A stretch of DNA of 64,000 nucleotides from Nitrosopumilaceae archaeon (GTDB lineage Archaea > Thermoproteota > Nitrososphaeria > Nitrososphaerales > Nitrosopumilaceae), in the NCBI GenBank assembly GCA_965208905.1, contig OZ242365.1, forward strand, positions 2,016,001 to 2,080,000, in the 5' to 3' direction. A model generated the notes under the pieces. That model had not been told where the DNA came from, made no database searches, and saw only the letters and a program-made list of their open reading frames with translations. Position numbers and translations under genes: made by a program. Below, piece by piece: positions 50,036 to 59,458 of this stretch. Every line of letters starts with the position of its first letter. The stretch's first letter is position 1.

Positions 50036-50962
50036 ATGATACCAATAGGTGATGTCGTTCAAGATATTACAATAGACTCACAGTCGTCTGTCCGAGACGT
50101 TATAAAACAGATGGAGAATGCAGGAGGCTTCGAGTCGGTAAATGTAGTAGATGGTCTAAACATCATGGATTCTATGATTCAAGATAAAGAGTGTCTGCGA
50201 TTTTTATCATTTGTCGGGGCTACAGTATCAACTGGACTGCGAGGAATAATACGCTCCATGATACAGAGAGGGTGGTTTGATGTTGTGATAACTACATGCG
50301 GTGCACTAGACCATGATATAGCAAGGCATTTTGCTGCATACAACCAAGGCTCCTTTACCATGGATGATGCGCAGTTGGTCAAGCAAGACATACATAGATT
50401 AGGCAATGTGCTGGTGCCCATGGACAGTTATGGCCCACTCATAGAGGAGAAGATGCAGTCATTCCTGCAGGACGAGTATGACAAGGGCGTGCGCAAGATG
50501 ACTACGGCAGATGTCTGTCGTATGATTGGCAGAAATACTGGCGAGTCGTCGTTTCTATACTGGGCAGATAAGACAGATACGACAGTAATTGTCCCGGGTA
50601 TAGTGGACGGTTCGGTGGGTAGTCAGTTGTGGATGTTTGCCGAGAGTCACCCTGACTTTCAGTTGGACATAATTGGAGATTCCAAGATACTGTCATCACG
50701 TATATTCAAGGCCAAAAAGTCGGGAGCCCTAATGGTGGGCGGAGGCATATCCAAGCACCACACATTATGGTGGAACCAATATCGGGGCGGACTCGACTAT
50801 GCGTTATATATAACAACGGCCAATGAGTTTGATGGGAGTCTGAGTGGAGCGCATGTGCGTGAAGCCATATCCTGGGGCAAAGTTACAAACAACGCGCGCC
50901 AGGCGACGCTACATGCAGAAGCCACCATAATACTTCCGTTTTTGTATGCGGCACTCATTTAG
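50036..50962 (+). CDS. dys: Deoxyhypusine synthase
   Basis: GGGISKH, DGSLSGA, EAISWGK. Confidence 0.95.
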   Translation: MIPIGDVVQDITIDSQSSVRDVIKQMENAGGFESVNVVDGLNIMDSMIQDKECLRFLSFVGATVSTGLRGIIRSMIQRGWFDVVITTCGALDHDIARHFAAYNQGSFTMDDAQLVKQDIHRLGNVLVPMDSYGPLIEEKMQSFLQDEYDKGVRKMTTADVCRMIGRNTGESSFLYWADKTDTTVIVPGIVDGSVGSQLWMFAESHPDFQLDIIGDSKILSSRIFKAKKSGALMVGGGISKHHTLWWNQYRGGLDYALYITTANEFDGSLSGAHVREAISWGKVTNNARQATLHAEATIILPFLYAALI

Positions 50963-51192
50963 CCGCAGTCTAGTATCTCTAGTGCGCCACCACACTGAAC
51001 ATTATACGTATCTATACGTTCCAGTAATATCTCACATGTTTCAGGGTCTGTATCCAGTAGATACTGCTCAATGTCGTATAATAACGCTTGATGGTCTACC
51101 CAACATGAGGGCATCAGTACAACAACACTAATGGCTATGGTGGCCACCAATGCCAATATTAGTCCCCTATGAACTGGCTTTTTGGATGTCAA
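50959..51192 (-). CDS. Small hypothetical membrane protein
   Basis: TM then ...YNVQCGGALEILDCG. Confidence 0.6.
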   Translation of the reverse strand: MTSKKPVHRGLILALVATIAISVVVLMPSCWVDHQALLYDIEQYLLDTDPETCEILLERIDTYNVQCGGALEILDCG

Positions 51193-51544
51193 TTTCTATA
51201 GTGGATATACTGCGGTTTTTGCCATCTGACGACTCCATGGAGTTGGACGATATACGAACGTCATCTATAGAGTATCCGACGGCATTCAATCTTTTAGATA
51301 TGGTAAGGGCCACATCAACGGCCTGTTTTATCCGGTGACCTCTGGCTTTTAGTGTTACAACAGGTGTTGACTTTATCTGTGTCAGTGTGGCGTTTACATA
51401 GGTCATAATGGGCTTGCCACCCACAAATATGGTGTCGTGTTCTTGTTTTGTATCATCTTCAGAGGCATCTAACTGTATATCCTCATCAGTCTCCACATAG
51501 GACTCAACCACAGTCTCTTCAGTCATCAAGTATCTATTCTGCAA
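51167..51544 (-). CDS. albA: DNA/RNA-binding protein Alba with acidic N-terminal extension
   Basis: IFVGGKPIMTY...LKARG..I..AVDVA...ISTIEI. Confidence 0.88.
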   Translation of the reverse strand: MQNRYLMTEETVVESYVETDEDIQLDASEDDTKQEHDTIFVGGKPIMTYVNATLTQIKSTPVVTLKARGHRIKQAVDVALTISKRLNAVGYSIDDVRISSNSMESSDGKNRSISTIEIDIQKASS

Positions 51545-51852
51545 TGGCTTATTAAATTATGGTGATAAATTCTGTCCTGCAAGTTTGGGTGATGGGTGGT
51601 ACGATACATTATGAATTACTATACATAATGAATGGGGTTGGATATGACCTAATACTGTATTGTATCAGAGAGGAATAGTAGAGCAATAACACGCTCACAC
51701 TGATGCATGTATAATCATGTCGCAATGTGCATTGGAGGGGGTTGAGTATACACCCAACAACACATTCTTTCTTATATATCATGTCCTGTAATCATCATTA
51801 TGATGATATTCTGGGAACATTCTGCTGTATTGACCATCCTTAGGGGTGACTC

Positions 51853-52614
51853 ATGAAGGAGAACGAACCATTTGATGCATCAGATATGATATTGGCTAAA
51901 CCTGGCACAGTTGTGGATTCGGACACTCTACTACGAAATACACAGACCCGCATATGGGCATCATTAAAGAAGGACTATCAATATGCAGGAGTTCCGGATA
52001 ACTCTACTAAATTCCTTCGGCAGAATGTCTTTAAAAAGTTCAATGCAGTGGTGTTGTATGTAGATTTGGTGGGTTCCACAGATATGGTGCTTGGTCTATC
52101 CTTTGAAAAGTTGGCCATCATAATGGAGGCCTTTGCGCAGGAGATGGCAGATACAGTGGTTAAACATGGTGGTTTGGTGTTAAAGTTCATAGGAGATGCT
52201 GTGATAGGTTATTTTGTACACTCGGACAGGGCACACTTTACTGCAGATCATGCTGTAAGGTGCGCAAAGTCTATGCGGTTTGTCATACGTGAAGGAATAA
52301 ACCCCATACTGTCCCAGTATGACTATCCTGAACTACACGTTCGTATAGGTATAGACTATGGTACCAACATAGTGGTCAGATATGGCAGAGATCCCAAACT
52401 GTCACATGTAGATTTGATGGGACGCGCCATGAACATGGCATCAAAGATACAGTCTGTTGCAGATCCAGACCAGATACTGATAGGCGAGGATGTCTATAAC
52501 ATGCTTCATCCAAATTTACAAAATGACTTTAGAATTGTTGTCTGGAAGGATGTAAACTGGAAGTATCGGTCATTGGATACCGGAGACCTCTATCAAGTCT
52601 ATGCGCACAAGTGA
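51853..52614 (+). CDS. Class III adenylate/guanylate cyclase
   Basis: VDLVGST, LKFIGDAV, RIGIDYG, DLMG.AMNMASKI. Confidence 0.9.
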   Translation: MKENEPFDASDMILAKPGTVVDSDTLLRNTQTRIWASLKKDYQYAGVPDNSTKFLRQNVFKKFNAVVLYVDLVGSTDMVLGLSFEKLAIIMEAFAQEMADTVVKHGGLVLKFIGDAVIGYFVHSDRAHFTADHAVRCAKSMRFVIREGINPILSQYDYPELHVRIGIDYGTNIVVRYGRDPKLSHVDLMGRAMNMASKIQSVADPDQILIGEDVYNMLHPNLQNDFRIVVWKDVNWKYRSLDTGDLYQVYAHK

Positions 52615-52770
52615 GCACATACTACTCACAAAATGCAAAATTGGAATCAATACATTCGTTCTGAATTTGATACTGGTTAGATCTTGTGTTAGTAAAATTA
52701 GATTACAAGATAAATACGAGCTACAACTCGTTTAGTAATTAAAAATGAAAAAAAGAAATTATGCTAATAT

Positions 52771-53490
52771 CTAATTACCTTCCCAGTAGTAAGCTGGTAT
52801 GATCGTAATAGGCTCAGTTGTACCTGTTACATCATTAATACATACGGCTGCTATATCGGTTACACTGGTTTCGCCATCTGCATTCACTGGGTCGATTGTA
52901 AAGTATACAATGCTGCCCACTTCCATGTCGGAGTTAAAGCTAATGTTGTCGCCAGAGAGGCTGTGTGTGCCAGCAAAGTAGTATGGAGTATCCTCCATCA
53001 CTACAATTTTACCAGATACACTAACATCGCCAGGCTCTTGGAATGAGATGTCTTTGACCTCAAGTCCTGGGCATTTTGCATCATCCTCCAAGTCATGTAG
53101 GGTCACATAGTGGTTGTGGAATGATGCATCATCTGCATCAACCTGTGCTATGCTATCATAGACACCTGCGTGTGTGGTTGTCACTATTATTGCTTCAAGT
53201 TCTGCACCAGATATGACACCATATCCGAACGCACCGCCGGATCCGTCGGTGGGAACTTCTATACCTGTGTAAATTCGTACCTTCTCAAGTTCAGAGCTGT
53301 CCGTTATTACTGCGGATTTGGCTATGTATGAGGTACTCATCATGGCTTCTTCCATCATGGCCTCACCCATCATGTTTTCACCCATCATCTCTTCCTCAGC
53401 AATGGCGCTAGTTGCACCGTTTATCGCAAGGACACCAAAGGTAGCTGCAAACATTATGCCTAAACTCATGATAAGAACTTTCTTATTCAT
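52771..53490 (-). CDS. Secreted hypothetical protein with Met/Glu-rich N-terminal segment
   Basis: Signal peptide; EEEMMGENMMGEAMMEEAMM; TTHAGVYDS...FHNHYV. Confidence 0.8.
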   Translation of the reverse strand: MNKKVLIMSLGIMFAATFGVLAINGATSAIAEEEMMGENMMGEAMMEEAMMSTSYIAKSAVITDSSELEKVRIYTGIEVPTDGSGGAFGYGVISGAELEAIIVTTTHAGVYDSIAQVDADDASFHNHYVTLHDLEDDAKCPGLEVKDISFQEPGDVSVSGKIVVMEDTPYYFAGTHSLSGDNISFNSDMEVGSIVYFTIDPVNADGETSVTDIAAVCINDVTGTTEPITIIPAYYWEGN

Positions 53491-53491
53491 T

Positions 53492-54716
53492 AACTCTGTG
53501 TCATAATTCTATTCGCATGTAAATCGGACTCTGCTCATGTAGAGTTACACGTTACACTTCGACTCCCGGGCTAACGATTCATCCCGCCATCTGTTGTATA
53601 GAGATACCTTGAGCTGTATCTCATGTACGATATTCTCCCATTTGAGGGCGAGAACATGTTCACCAAACACGCGTTTAAATATAGAAAATACACCCTCCAC
53701 AACCCATCTCCTGCGGTATCCAATCTTGGCCTTCCAGTACACCTGATTCTCCCTCTTCTCTTCTTGGCTTAACAGATCTAGCCGTGTAGCCTTGGTACTG
53801 CCTCCCAGTTGGTCCCTTACAGATATGCCCCATGCAGCGCCAGACCCCCTACTGCGCGGCGTAACATTGATCTTGTGCAGTATGCCTGGAACTACCCCTG
53901 CACGCGCACATGCAGCAATGTTGGCCCTTGAGCCGTACGCGGCATCTCCATATATGATAGTGGGCATCTCTGAACCATCATCTGAACAGTCCGATGTGGT
54001 ATCTGCAAGAGGTGGCATGCCCGATACGAGTAGATTTTTGTATCTGGGCATATCAGATGAGATTTCTTGCTCTCCAGACTGGTACGACATCTCAGATGCG
54101 CAGTCTGCATCAACACTCTGTCCTAACAGTGATTGGAATTTAGTAATATCGCCTACTGACTCGTCTGTAATGGATATGGCGGTTATCTTCATGGTCTGCG
54201 TGTCAACCATCGCGTGCATCTTTACAAAACCACGTTTTACCTTCCACTTTTTGCTCATCCACTCTCCCCTATTGTGTTGCTTGAGCCCTGTTGCATCGAC
54301 TGCCAGTATACGAGAATGTTTTTTGTTTGACACTGTTATCATTTCATTCTGATTTATATTCACATCAAGCATGCCTATCCGCTTGCGTATATGGCTAAAG
54401 GAAGGTGTGTTGGATTCTCCAATCATCTTTCCGATTATGCCCTCAAGTTGCCTGTACCGGACTCCAATCCCGACCCTGAGGGCAGCGGTTAGCATAATCA
54501 ATGTCTCCGAATATTGGTACGGAGCACCCACCTTTCCCTTGTTGGCATGGTTGACCTCACGCTTCCACTCGGGGTTATACTCTATGAACATGTCTGCCCC
54601 ACGCTTGACGTACTTTTCGTTGTCAGTTTTTACCATAAAATAGATGGCTTAATGATGGGAGCTATATGTGTTTTGATCAATGTGGCGGTATTCAAGAATA
54701 GTTATGACACAAAGTT
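53492..54716 (-). mobile_element. IS5-family (IS903-like) insertion sequence
   Basis: TIRs AACTCTGTGTCATAA (from 53492) / TTATGACACAAAGTT (to 54716); (T)TATTCATT(A) duplicated on both sides, 8-10 bp depending on end placement. Confidence 0.88.
53545..54636 (-). CDS. IS5-family DDE transposase
   Basis: YVKRG, GAPYQYS, AVDATG, GDAAY, GYRRRWVVEGVFSIFKRVFG. Confidence 0.92.
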   Translation of the reverse strand: MVKTDNEKYVKRGADMFIEYNPEWKREVNHANKGKVGAPYQYSETLIMLTAALRVGIGVRYRQLEGIIGKMIGESNTPSFSHIRKRIGMLDVNINQNEMITVSNKKHSRILAVDATGLKQHNRGEWMSKKWKVKRGFVKMHAMVDTQTMKITAISITDESVGDITKFQSLLGQSVDADCASEMSYQSGEQEISSDMPRYKNLLVSGMPPLADTTSDCSDDGSEMPTIIYGDAAYGSRANIAACARAGVVPGILHKINVTPRSRGSGAAWGISVRDQLGGSTKATRLDLLSQEEKRENQVYWKAKIGYRRRWVVEGVFSIFKRVFGEHVLALKWENIVHEIQLKVSLYNRWRDESLARESKCNV

Positions 54717-55172
54717 TATTCATTATAGATTAGAAGGCTTGGTGGTTTAATAATTGTTGGTGCGTAATTCCATCTGATCTTGTCTTCGCATGTGTCCCGC
54801 TGTAGTTTCACGGCGGAGCATCTAGATCTGTACGGTCACACGTACGATGCCGTGCCGTAGGATGGTACATCTACACCACGTATCCGGGCTATATCTGAGT
54901 CGGTTCAGCACCTTGATGTTCCAGGTGATGGTCCGGATCTTGTCGAATCGGCGTACCAATACCAGCACATCGGCCTTGTTAAAGAAACCCATCTTTCGTG
55001 TGGTTTGAGCACATAAATTCTTCATTGCATGTATGTCGTATCCCATTACGCGCAACCAGCCTTGGGACCACCTACTATTCCTGTATTTTGTAAATTGTAA
55101 CACTATTTAGTATTCATTTCTAAAACCACTACTGACTCCTTTGGCCATTACCTGAGTACTGTAAAGTTCGCT

Positions 55173-56105
55173 TCATTGGGACTTTGGGTAGTTTGTTATA
55201 ATGAATTCCTGACTATTTTTTTGTGTAAAATATTGTAGAGAACGGTTAAGCTTTATGCTGTATGTGTTATAGTGGCTGGGAAGTTTTAGCGATTCTGGGT
55301 GATTCTGCTCGGATATCATGATCAGATTATTAACACCCACTGTACGCACAAAATCAACAAAATCTGCAGTCTTTGGCACAGAGTTGTAATGCCAGTTGGG
55401 GTTATTCATGTAGGGAGGATCCATGTATAGAAATGCGTCAGATACATTACGATATGACTCGTACATTTCATTTCTTATCTCCATGTTTTGTATAATTTTA
55501 CTTGTATTCATGAATAACTCTCTATCTATATTTGGGCAACGGGAGTTTTTGCGCATAGGCGCGTTGAATTTATTGAGGCGATTAAATCTAATCTTTCCTG
55601 AAAATGCATTCTTTGCTAGATATAGGAATCGTCCGGCCCCTGCAACTCCCGTCTCTAGATTATCTTTTTGACGTATTGTGTAGTAGTATTTTTCAGATGA
55701 TAACTCTCTATGTTTTTCATACTCGTCTAGTAACTCTACTGTATGATCACGTACAGATTTTATAAAGTTGGTAATAACGGGGTTGTTGTCGTTGTATGTT
55801 ACATTTTCAGAGCCAAATTTATAGCAGCAGTATACACTAAATGAACCACCACCACCAAACAGGTCATATATTCTACGTCCAGTTACATCGGGCATTAAAA
55901 CATCAAATATGTCTGCAAAACCAGACTTGTTGCCTATGTATGGTATCAGATGATATCTGTTACGGGTGTTGGTAACTATAAAGTCACTCGTAGTCATATT
56001 TTTGGCATTGTTGCTTTCCAACATGTATTGTCGAGTCTCGGATGCATGATTCATTACTAGAACAGTATACACAAGCACTACATAATTCTGTTTTGGCAAT
56101 GTCAC
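55173..56105 (-). CDS. DNA adenine methyltransferase (Dam/D12 class), no adjacent endonuclease
   Basis: PYIGNKS, DLFGGGGS, RFNRLNKFNAP, DPPY; true start probably 55997-56054. Confidence 0.88.
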   Translation of the reverse strand: MTLPKQNYVVLVYTVLVMNHASETRQYMLESNNAKNMTTSDFIVTNTRNRYHLIPYIGNKSGFADIFDVLMPDVTGRRIYDLFGGGGSFSVYCCYKFGSENVTYNDNNPVITNFIKSVRDHTVELLDEYEKHRELSSEKYYYTIRQKDNLETGVAGAGRFLYLAKNAFSGKIRFNRLNKFNAPMRKNSRCPNIDRELFMNTSKIIQNMEIRNEMYESYRNVSDAFLYMDPPYMNNPNWHYNSVPKTADFVDFVRTVGVNNLIMISEQNHPESLKLPSHYNTYSIKLNRSLQYFTQKNSQEFIITNYPKSQ

Positions 56106-56167
56106 CTATTCAGAGTTTTTATACTGCTAATTTGCGCACATTATCAATAATCATATTATTATGCAAA

Positions 56168-56354
56168 AGTATCGTTGCAAATTCGACTGATGAGATATAA
56201 CATAATATCTTCGTTTTTGAGACGTTGTGTGCTACAAATACAGGTATTGGCGTACTCAAAACAGCCATACCCATGCTTAAGGTGAGATGAAAAATCGTTG
56301 TTCTAAAGATGTAACATGAAGCATAATGCCAACAGTCGGATTTACAACAATGCC
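56168..56354. mobile_element. MITE with IS5/IS903-like ends
   Basis: Imperfect 25-bp TIRs AGTATCGTTGCAAATTCGACTGATG / CAACAGTCGGATTTACAACAATGCC. Confidence 0.65.
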
Positions 56355-56483
56355 CGAATATGCCCAAACAGAAAACATACTATTACAAGATTATTTGAGT
56401 TGGCAAAGGATTGCTGTATATGCTGTCTGGCATCTGCGCAAGGTCGCCTGGATGATTTTTCATTCTGTTACGGACGGGACCCG

Positions 56484-57929
56484 CTACGCATCAGCGTACA
56501 TCGATACTTCCCACGCCGTGGGGGTCTGAGCAAAGGCCGAGTACTCTTTGTGTTTGAGCTCCGAATATTTGTCCAGAAAGTCAGATGTGAAGACATCCCT
56601 GAGGAAACGATTGTCACTCTGCAGCTCATTGAGGGCGCCGCGCAACGAGAGCGGCAGCGACCCTATCCCGTACTCATGCCTCTTCGCAACCGAGAGCTTG
56701 TAGACGTTCTCTTCTACCGGATCTCCGGGATCCATCTTCCTTCTTATACCGTCAAGACCCGCAAGGAGCAGGGCGGCTTCGAGCAGGTAGATGTTGGCGG
56801 TGGGGTCTGGCACGCGGTACTCGATCCTCTTGCTTTTTTGCTGGTTCCGGTAGTACATGGGTACGCGGACGGTGGCAGAACGGTTGCCCATGCCCCAGCA
56901 GATACCGGTCGGCGCTTCAAAGCCCGGTACCAATCGCTTGTACGAGTTGGTGGTTGGGTTGGATATGGCGCACAGAGCCCTGGCATGATCCAGTATTCCA
57001 CCTATGTAGTATCTTCCGGTCTGGCTCAACTGAGCCACCGAGTCTTCGGGGTCGTACATTACATTGTTCTTGTCTGCCCACAGGCTCTGGTGTACGTGCA
57101 TCGCCGAGGCATTGTCACCGTATATGGGCTTTGGCATAAAGGTGGCCACCTTGCCGCTGCGCTTTGCCTTGACCTTGACTACGTTCTTGACCGTTACCAC
57201 GTTGTCTGCCATGGCGATGATCTCGTCATAGGCAAGGTTTATCTCACACTGGCCGGAGGTTGCCACCTCGTGGTGCTCGGCCTCTATCTTTATACCGAAG
57301 TAGCGGTGGAGATCGTCGCAGACATCCTTCCTGAAGGTCTCGAGCGTATCCTTGGGCTGCGATGGATAGTAGCCTTCCTTGAGGTCTATGGCAGTGCTGA
57401 TATTCCCCTTGGCCCACGGCGACTCCTTTGATTCTATGGAGTAGCCGGAACCACCGTACGAGTGGGTGGCGGCATACGGCGACGGATAGACCGTTATGGC
57501 ATCAAAGACAAAGAACTCCACCTCGGGACCCCAGTTTGTATGCGTAATGCCCGTTCCCTCGAGCTTGGCAGTCGCCTTCTTTGCTATCCCGCGCGAATCA
57601 CGGTTGTACCGTGACTTAGCCGCGGTGTTGCCCTCGTAGAGGTCGCAGATGAATCTGGCATTCTTCCTGTGGCCGTTATCGTATCCGGGCGGCAGGATGC
57701 GGAAGGTGTCGGGGTCGGGCTTGAGAATCATATCTGACTTGTTCACTGACTTGAAACCGAGTATTGAGCTGGCATCAAGTTTTTCAAGGCCATGCTTGAA
57801 GCTGTTCTCGTCTACCGCATAGCTTGGCATGCCCATACGCTTCAACTCACCAAATATGTCGACAAACCAAAAATCAAGAAATGTGATACCCTCAACCTGA
57901 ATTTTCTCCAGTACCGCATCCACGTCCAT
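56484..57929 (-). CDS. glnA: Glutamine synthetase type I; GC-rich
   Basis: GPEVEFF, HHEVATSGQCEI, FMPKP, MHVHQS, NSYKRLVPGFEAP, RIEYRVPD; start MDVDAVL at 57929. Confidence 0.95.
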   Translation of the reverse strand: MDVDAVLEKIQVEGITFLDFWFVDIFGELKRMGMPSYAVDENSFKHGLEKLDASSILGFKSVNKSDMILKPDPDTFRILPPGYDNGHRKNARFICDLYEGNTAAKSRYNRDSRGIAKKATAKLEGTGITHTNWGPEVEFFVFDAITVYPSPYAATHSYGGSGYSIESKESPWAKGNISTAIDLKEGYYPSQPKDTLETFRKDVCDDLHRYFGIKIEAEHHEVATSGQCEINLAYDEIIAMADNVVTVKNVVKVKAKRSGKVATFMPKPIYGDNASAMHVHQSLWADKNNVMYDPEDSVAQLSQTGRYYIGGILDHARALCAISNPTTNSYKRLVPGFEAPTGICWGMGNRSATVRVPMYYRNQQKSKRIEYRVPDPTANIYLLEAALLLAGLDGIRRKMDPGDPVEENVYKLSVAKRHEYGIGSLPLSLRGALNELQSDNRFLRDVFTSDFLDKYSELKHKEYSAFAQTPTAWEVSMYADA

Positions 57930-57967
57930 AATGCCGGCGCCAAACGCACCCTTTACTAATGTTACTA

Positions 57968-58096
57968 TCCCCCGGGGCTGTTCAAAAGGTAACCGTTTAA
58001 CCAGCCTGGGAATGGTCCGAGCGACCCTGCCTACGTCGCATGCGGATTTGCCCGGACCGCTGATCAGTTTTGTTATGTGTGCAGCTGCATCGGCGG
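57968..58096 (+). ncRNA. Candidate structured RNA divergent from glnA
   Basis: TCCC..GGGCTG/CAGCCTGGGA; GGTCCG/CGGACC enclosing GCGAC/GTCGC; CCGCTGAT-CAGTT/AGCTG-ATCGGCGG; G-U pairs favour +. Confidence 0.45.
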
Positions 58097-58105
58097 CGCC
58101 ATCAT

Positions 58106-58191
58106 GCATATACTTAATACAAAATGAAAAATTGTTGTTTTACCGCTGTAACATGAAGCATAATACCATCAGTCGGATTTGCAACAACACC
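58106..58191. repeat. Partial (right-half) copy of the MITE at 56168-56354, direct orientation
   Basis: ATGAAAAATTGTTGTT...TGTAACATGAAGCATAATACCATCAGTCGGATTTGCAACAACACC vs 56287-56354. Confidence 0.8.
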
Positions 58192-58236
58192 TCACATACA
58201 AAAGATTAATTTTTAGCATTTTTCAGGTTTCATAAC

Positions 58237-59430
58237 ATGGCAAAGGCAGTACTGGCGTTCTCGGGAGGATTGGATACATCCGTAGTCGTAAAGTACCTTC
58301 AGACCGAACATGGTTTAGACGTTGTTACAGTTACAGTGGATGTGGGACAAGGTGATGATTATGATGCAATACGTACCAAGTCTAAAAGACTGGGGGCCGT
58401 GTCTCACTATACCATAGATGCAAGACAAGAGTTTGTAGAAGGTTACGTCTATCCTGCAATACAGGCCAATGCGCTATACCAAGACAAATACTGTCTGGCG
58501 ACCGCTCTGGCTAGACCATTGATTGCACAGAAGGTAGTTGAGGTGGCTAAAAAGGAGGGTGCAGAGGCGCTGGCACACGGTTGTTCAGGTAAGGGCAATG
58601 ATCAAGTACGTTTTGATTTGGCGTTTATGTCCAGCTCAAATCTACCCATACTGGCACCCATCCGTGACAAAAACCTTGATCGAGAAGCAGAGATAAAGTA
58701 CGCCGAAGAGAGGGGCGTTCAAATAGAGACTGTGGCCAAAAAGTTCAGCATAGACCAGAATCTATGGGGACGCGCCATCGAAGGAGGAGTCTTGGAAGAC
58801 CCGTACGCAGAACCCCCTGATGATGCATTCATCTGGACACGTGTCAACAACCTGTCTGCAGAGCCAACGTACGTAACTATATCATTTGATTCTGGTATAC
58901 CTGTGGCTGTAAACGACACGCCCATGAAACCAGTACAACTAATTACACACTTGAATAAGGTTGCTGGCGAAGCCGGCGTGGGGGTTGTAGATCATATAGA
59001 AGACCGTACGGTAGGCCTCAAGTCCAGAGAGGTATATGAAACACCAGGGGCAACATGTCTTATAGAGGCGCACTCTGATCTGGAGAAGATGGTTCATACA
59101 ATACACCAGAACAGACTAAAACGTGTAATGGATGATGAGTGGGCCAGACTGGCATACCTTGGACTCTGGGATGAGCCCCTCCGTAGAGATGTTGATGCGT
59201 TCATACGGAGAACCCAGAGTGTTGTAACTGGTATAGTACGACTAAAGATGCAGGGTGGCTCTGTACGTGTTGTGGGGCGCAAGTCAAAGTACTCCCTATA
59301 TAATGCAAAGTCGGCCACATATGGTGCTGATTCCACCTTTGATCAGAGACGAGCGGCCGGATTTGTAGAGTTGTGGGGCGCTCAGTCTGCTGAAGCGAAT
59401 AAATTACAAGGGTATACGATAAAAGAATGA
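58237..59430 (+). CDS. argG: Argininosuccinate synthase
   Basis: LAFSGGLDTS, AHGCSGKGNDQVRF, SIDQNLWG, KSREVYE. Confidence 0.96.
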   Translation: MAKAVLAFSGGLDTSVVVKYLQTEHGLDVVTVTVDVGQGDDYDAIRTKSKRLGAVSHYTIDARQEFVEGYVYPAIQANALYQDKYCLATALARPLIAQKVVEVAKKEGAEALAHGCSGKGNDQVRFDLAFMSSSNLPILAPIRDKNLDREAEIKYAEERGVQIETVAKKFSIDQNLWGRAIEGGVLEDPYAEPPDDAFIWTRVNNLSAEPTYVTISFDSGIPVAVNDTPMKPVQLITHLNKVAGEAGVGVVDHIEDRTVGLKSREVYETPGATCLIEAHSDLEKMVHTIHQNRLKRVMDDEWARLAYLGLWDEPLRRDVDAFIRRTQSVVTGIVRLKMQGGSVRVVGRKSKYSLYNAKSATYGADSTFDQRRAAGFVELWGAQSAEANKLQGYTIKE

Positions 59431-59458
59431 TGCCCATAATTGGTGGTGTGTATTAACA

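Noticed and set aside
54822-55103. 93-aa ORF as a gene or transposase relic
   Set aside because: Only a faint W..MGY resemblance and a TTG start; cannot be supported.
56316-57431. 371-aa + strand ORF
   Set aside because: Antisense shadow of GC-rich glnA; no recognisable motifs.
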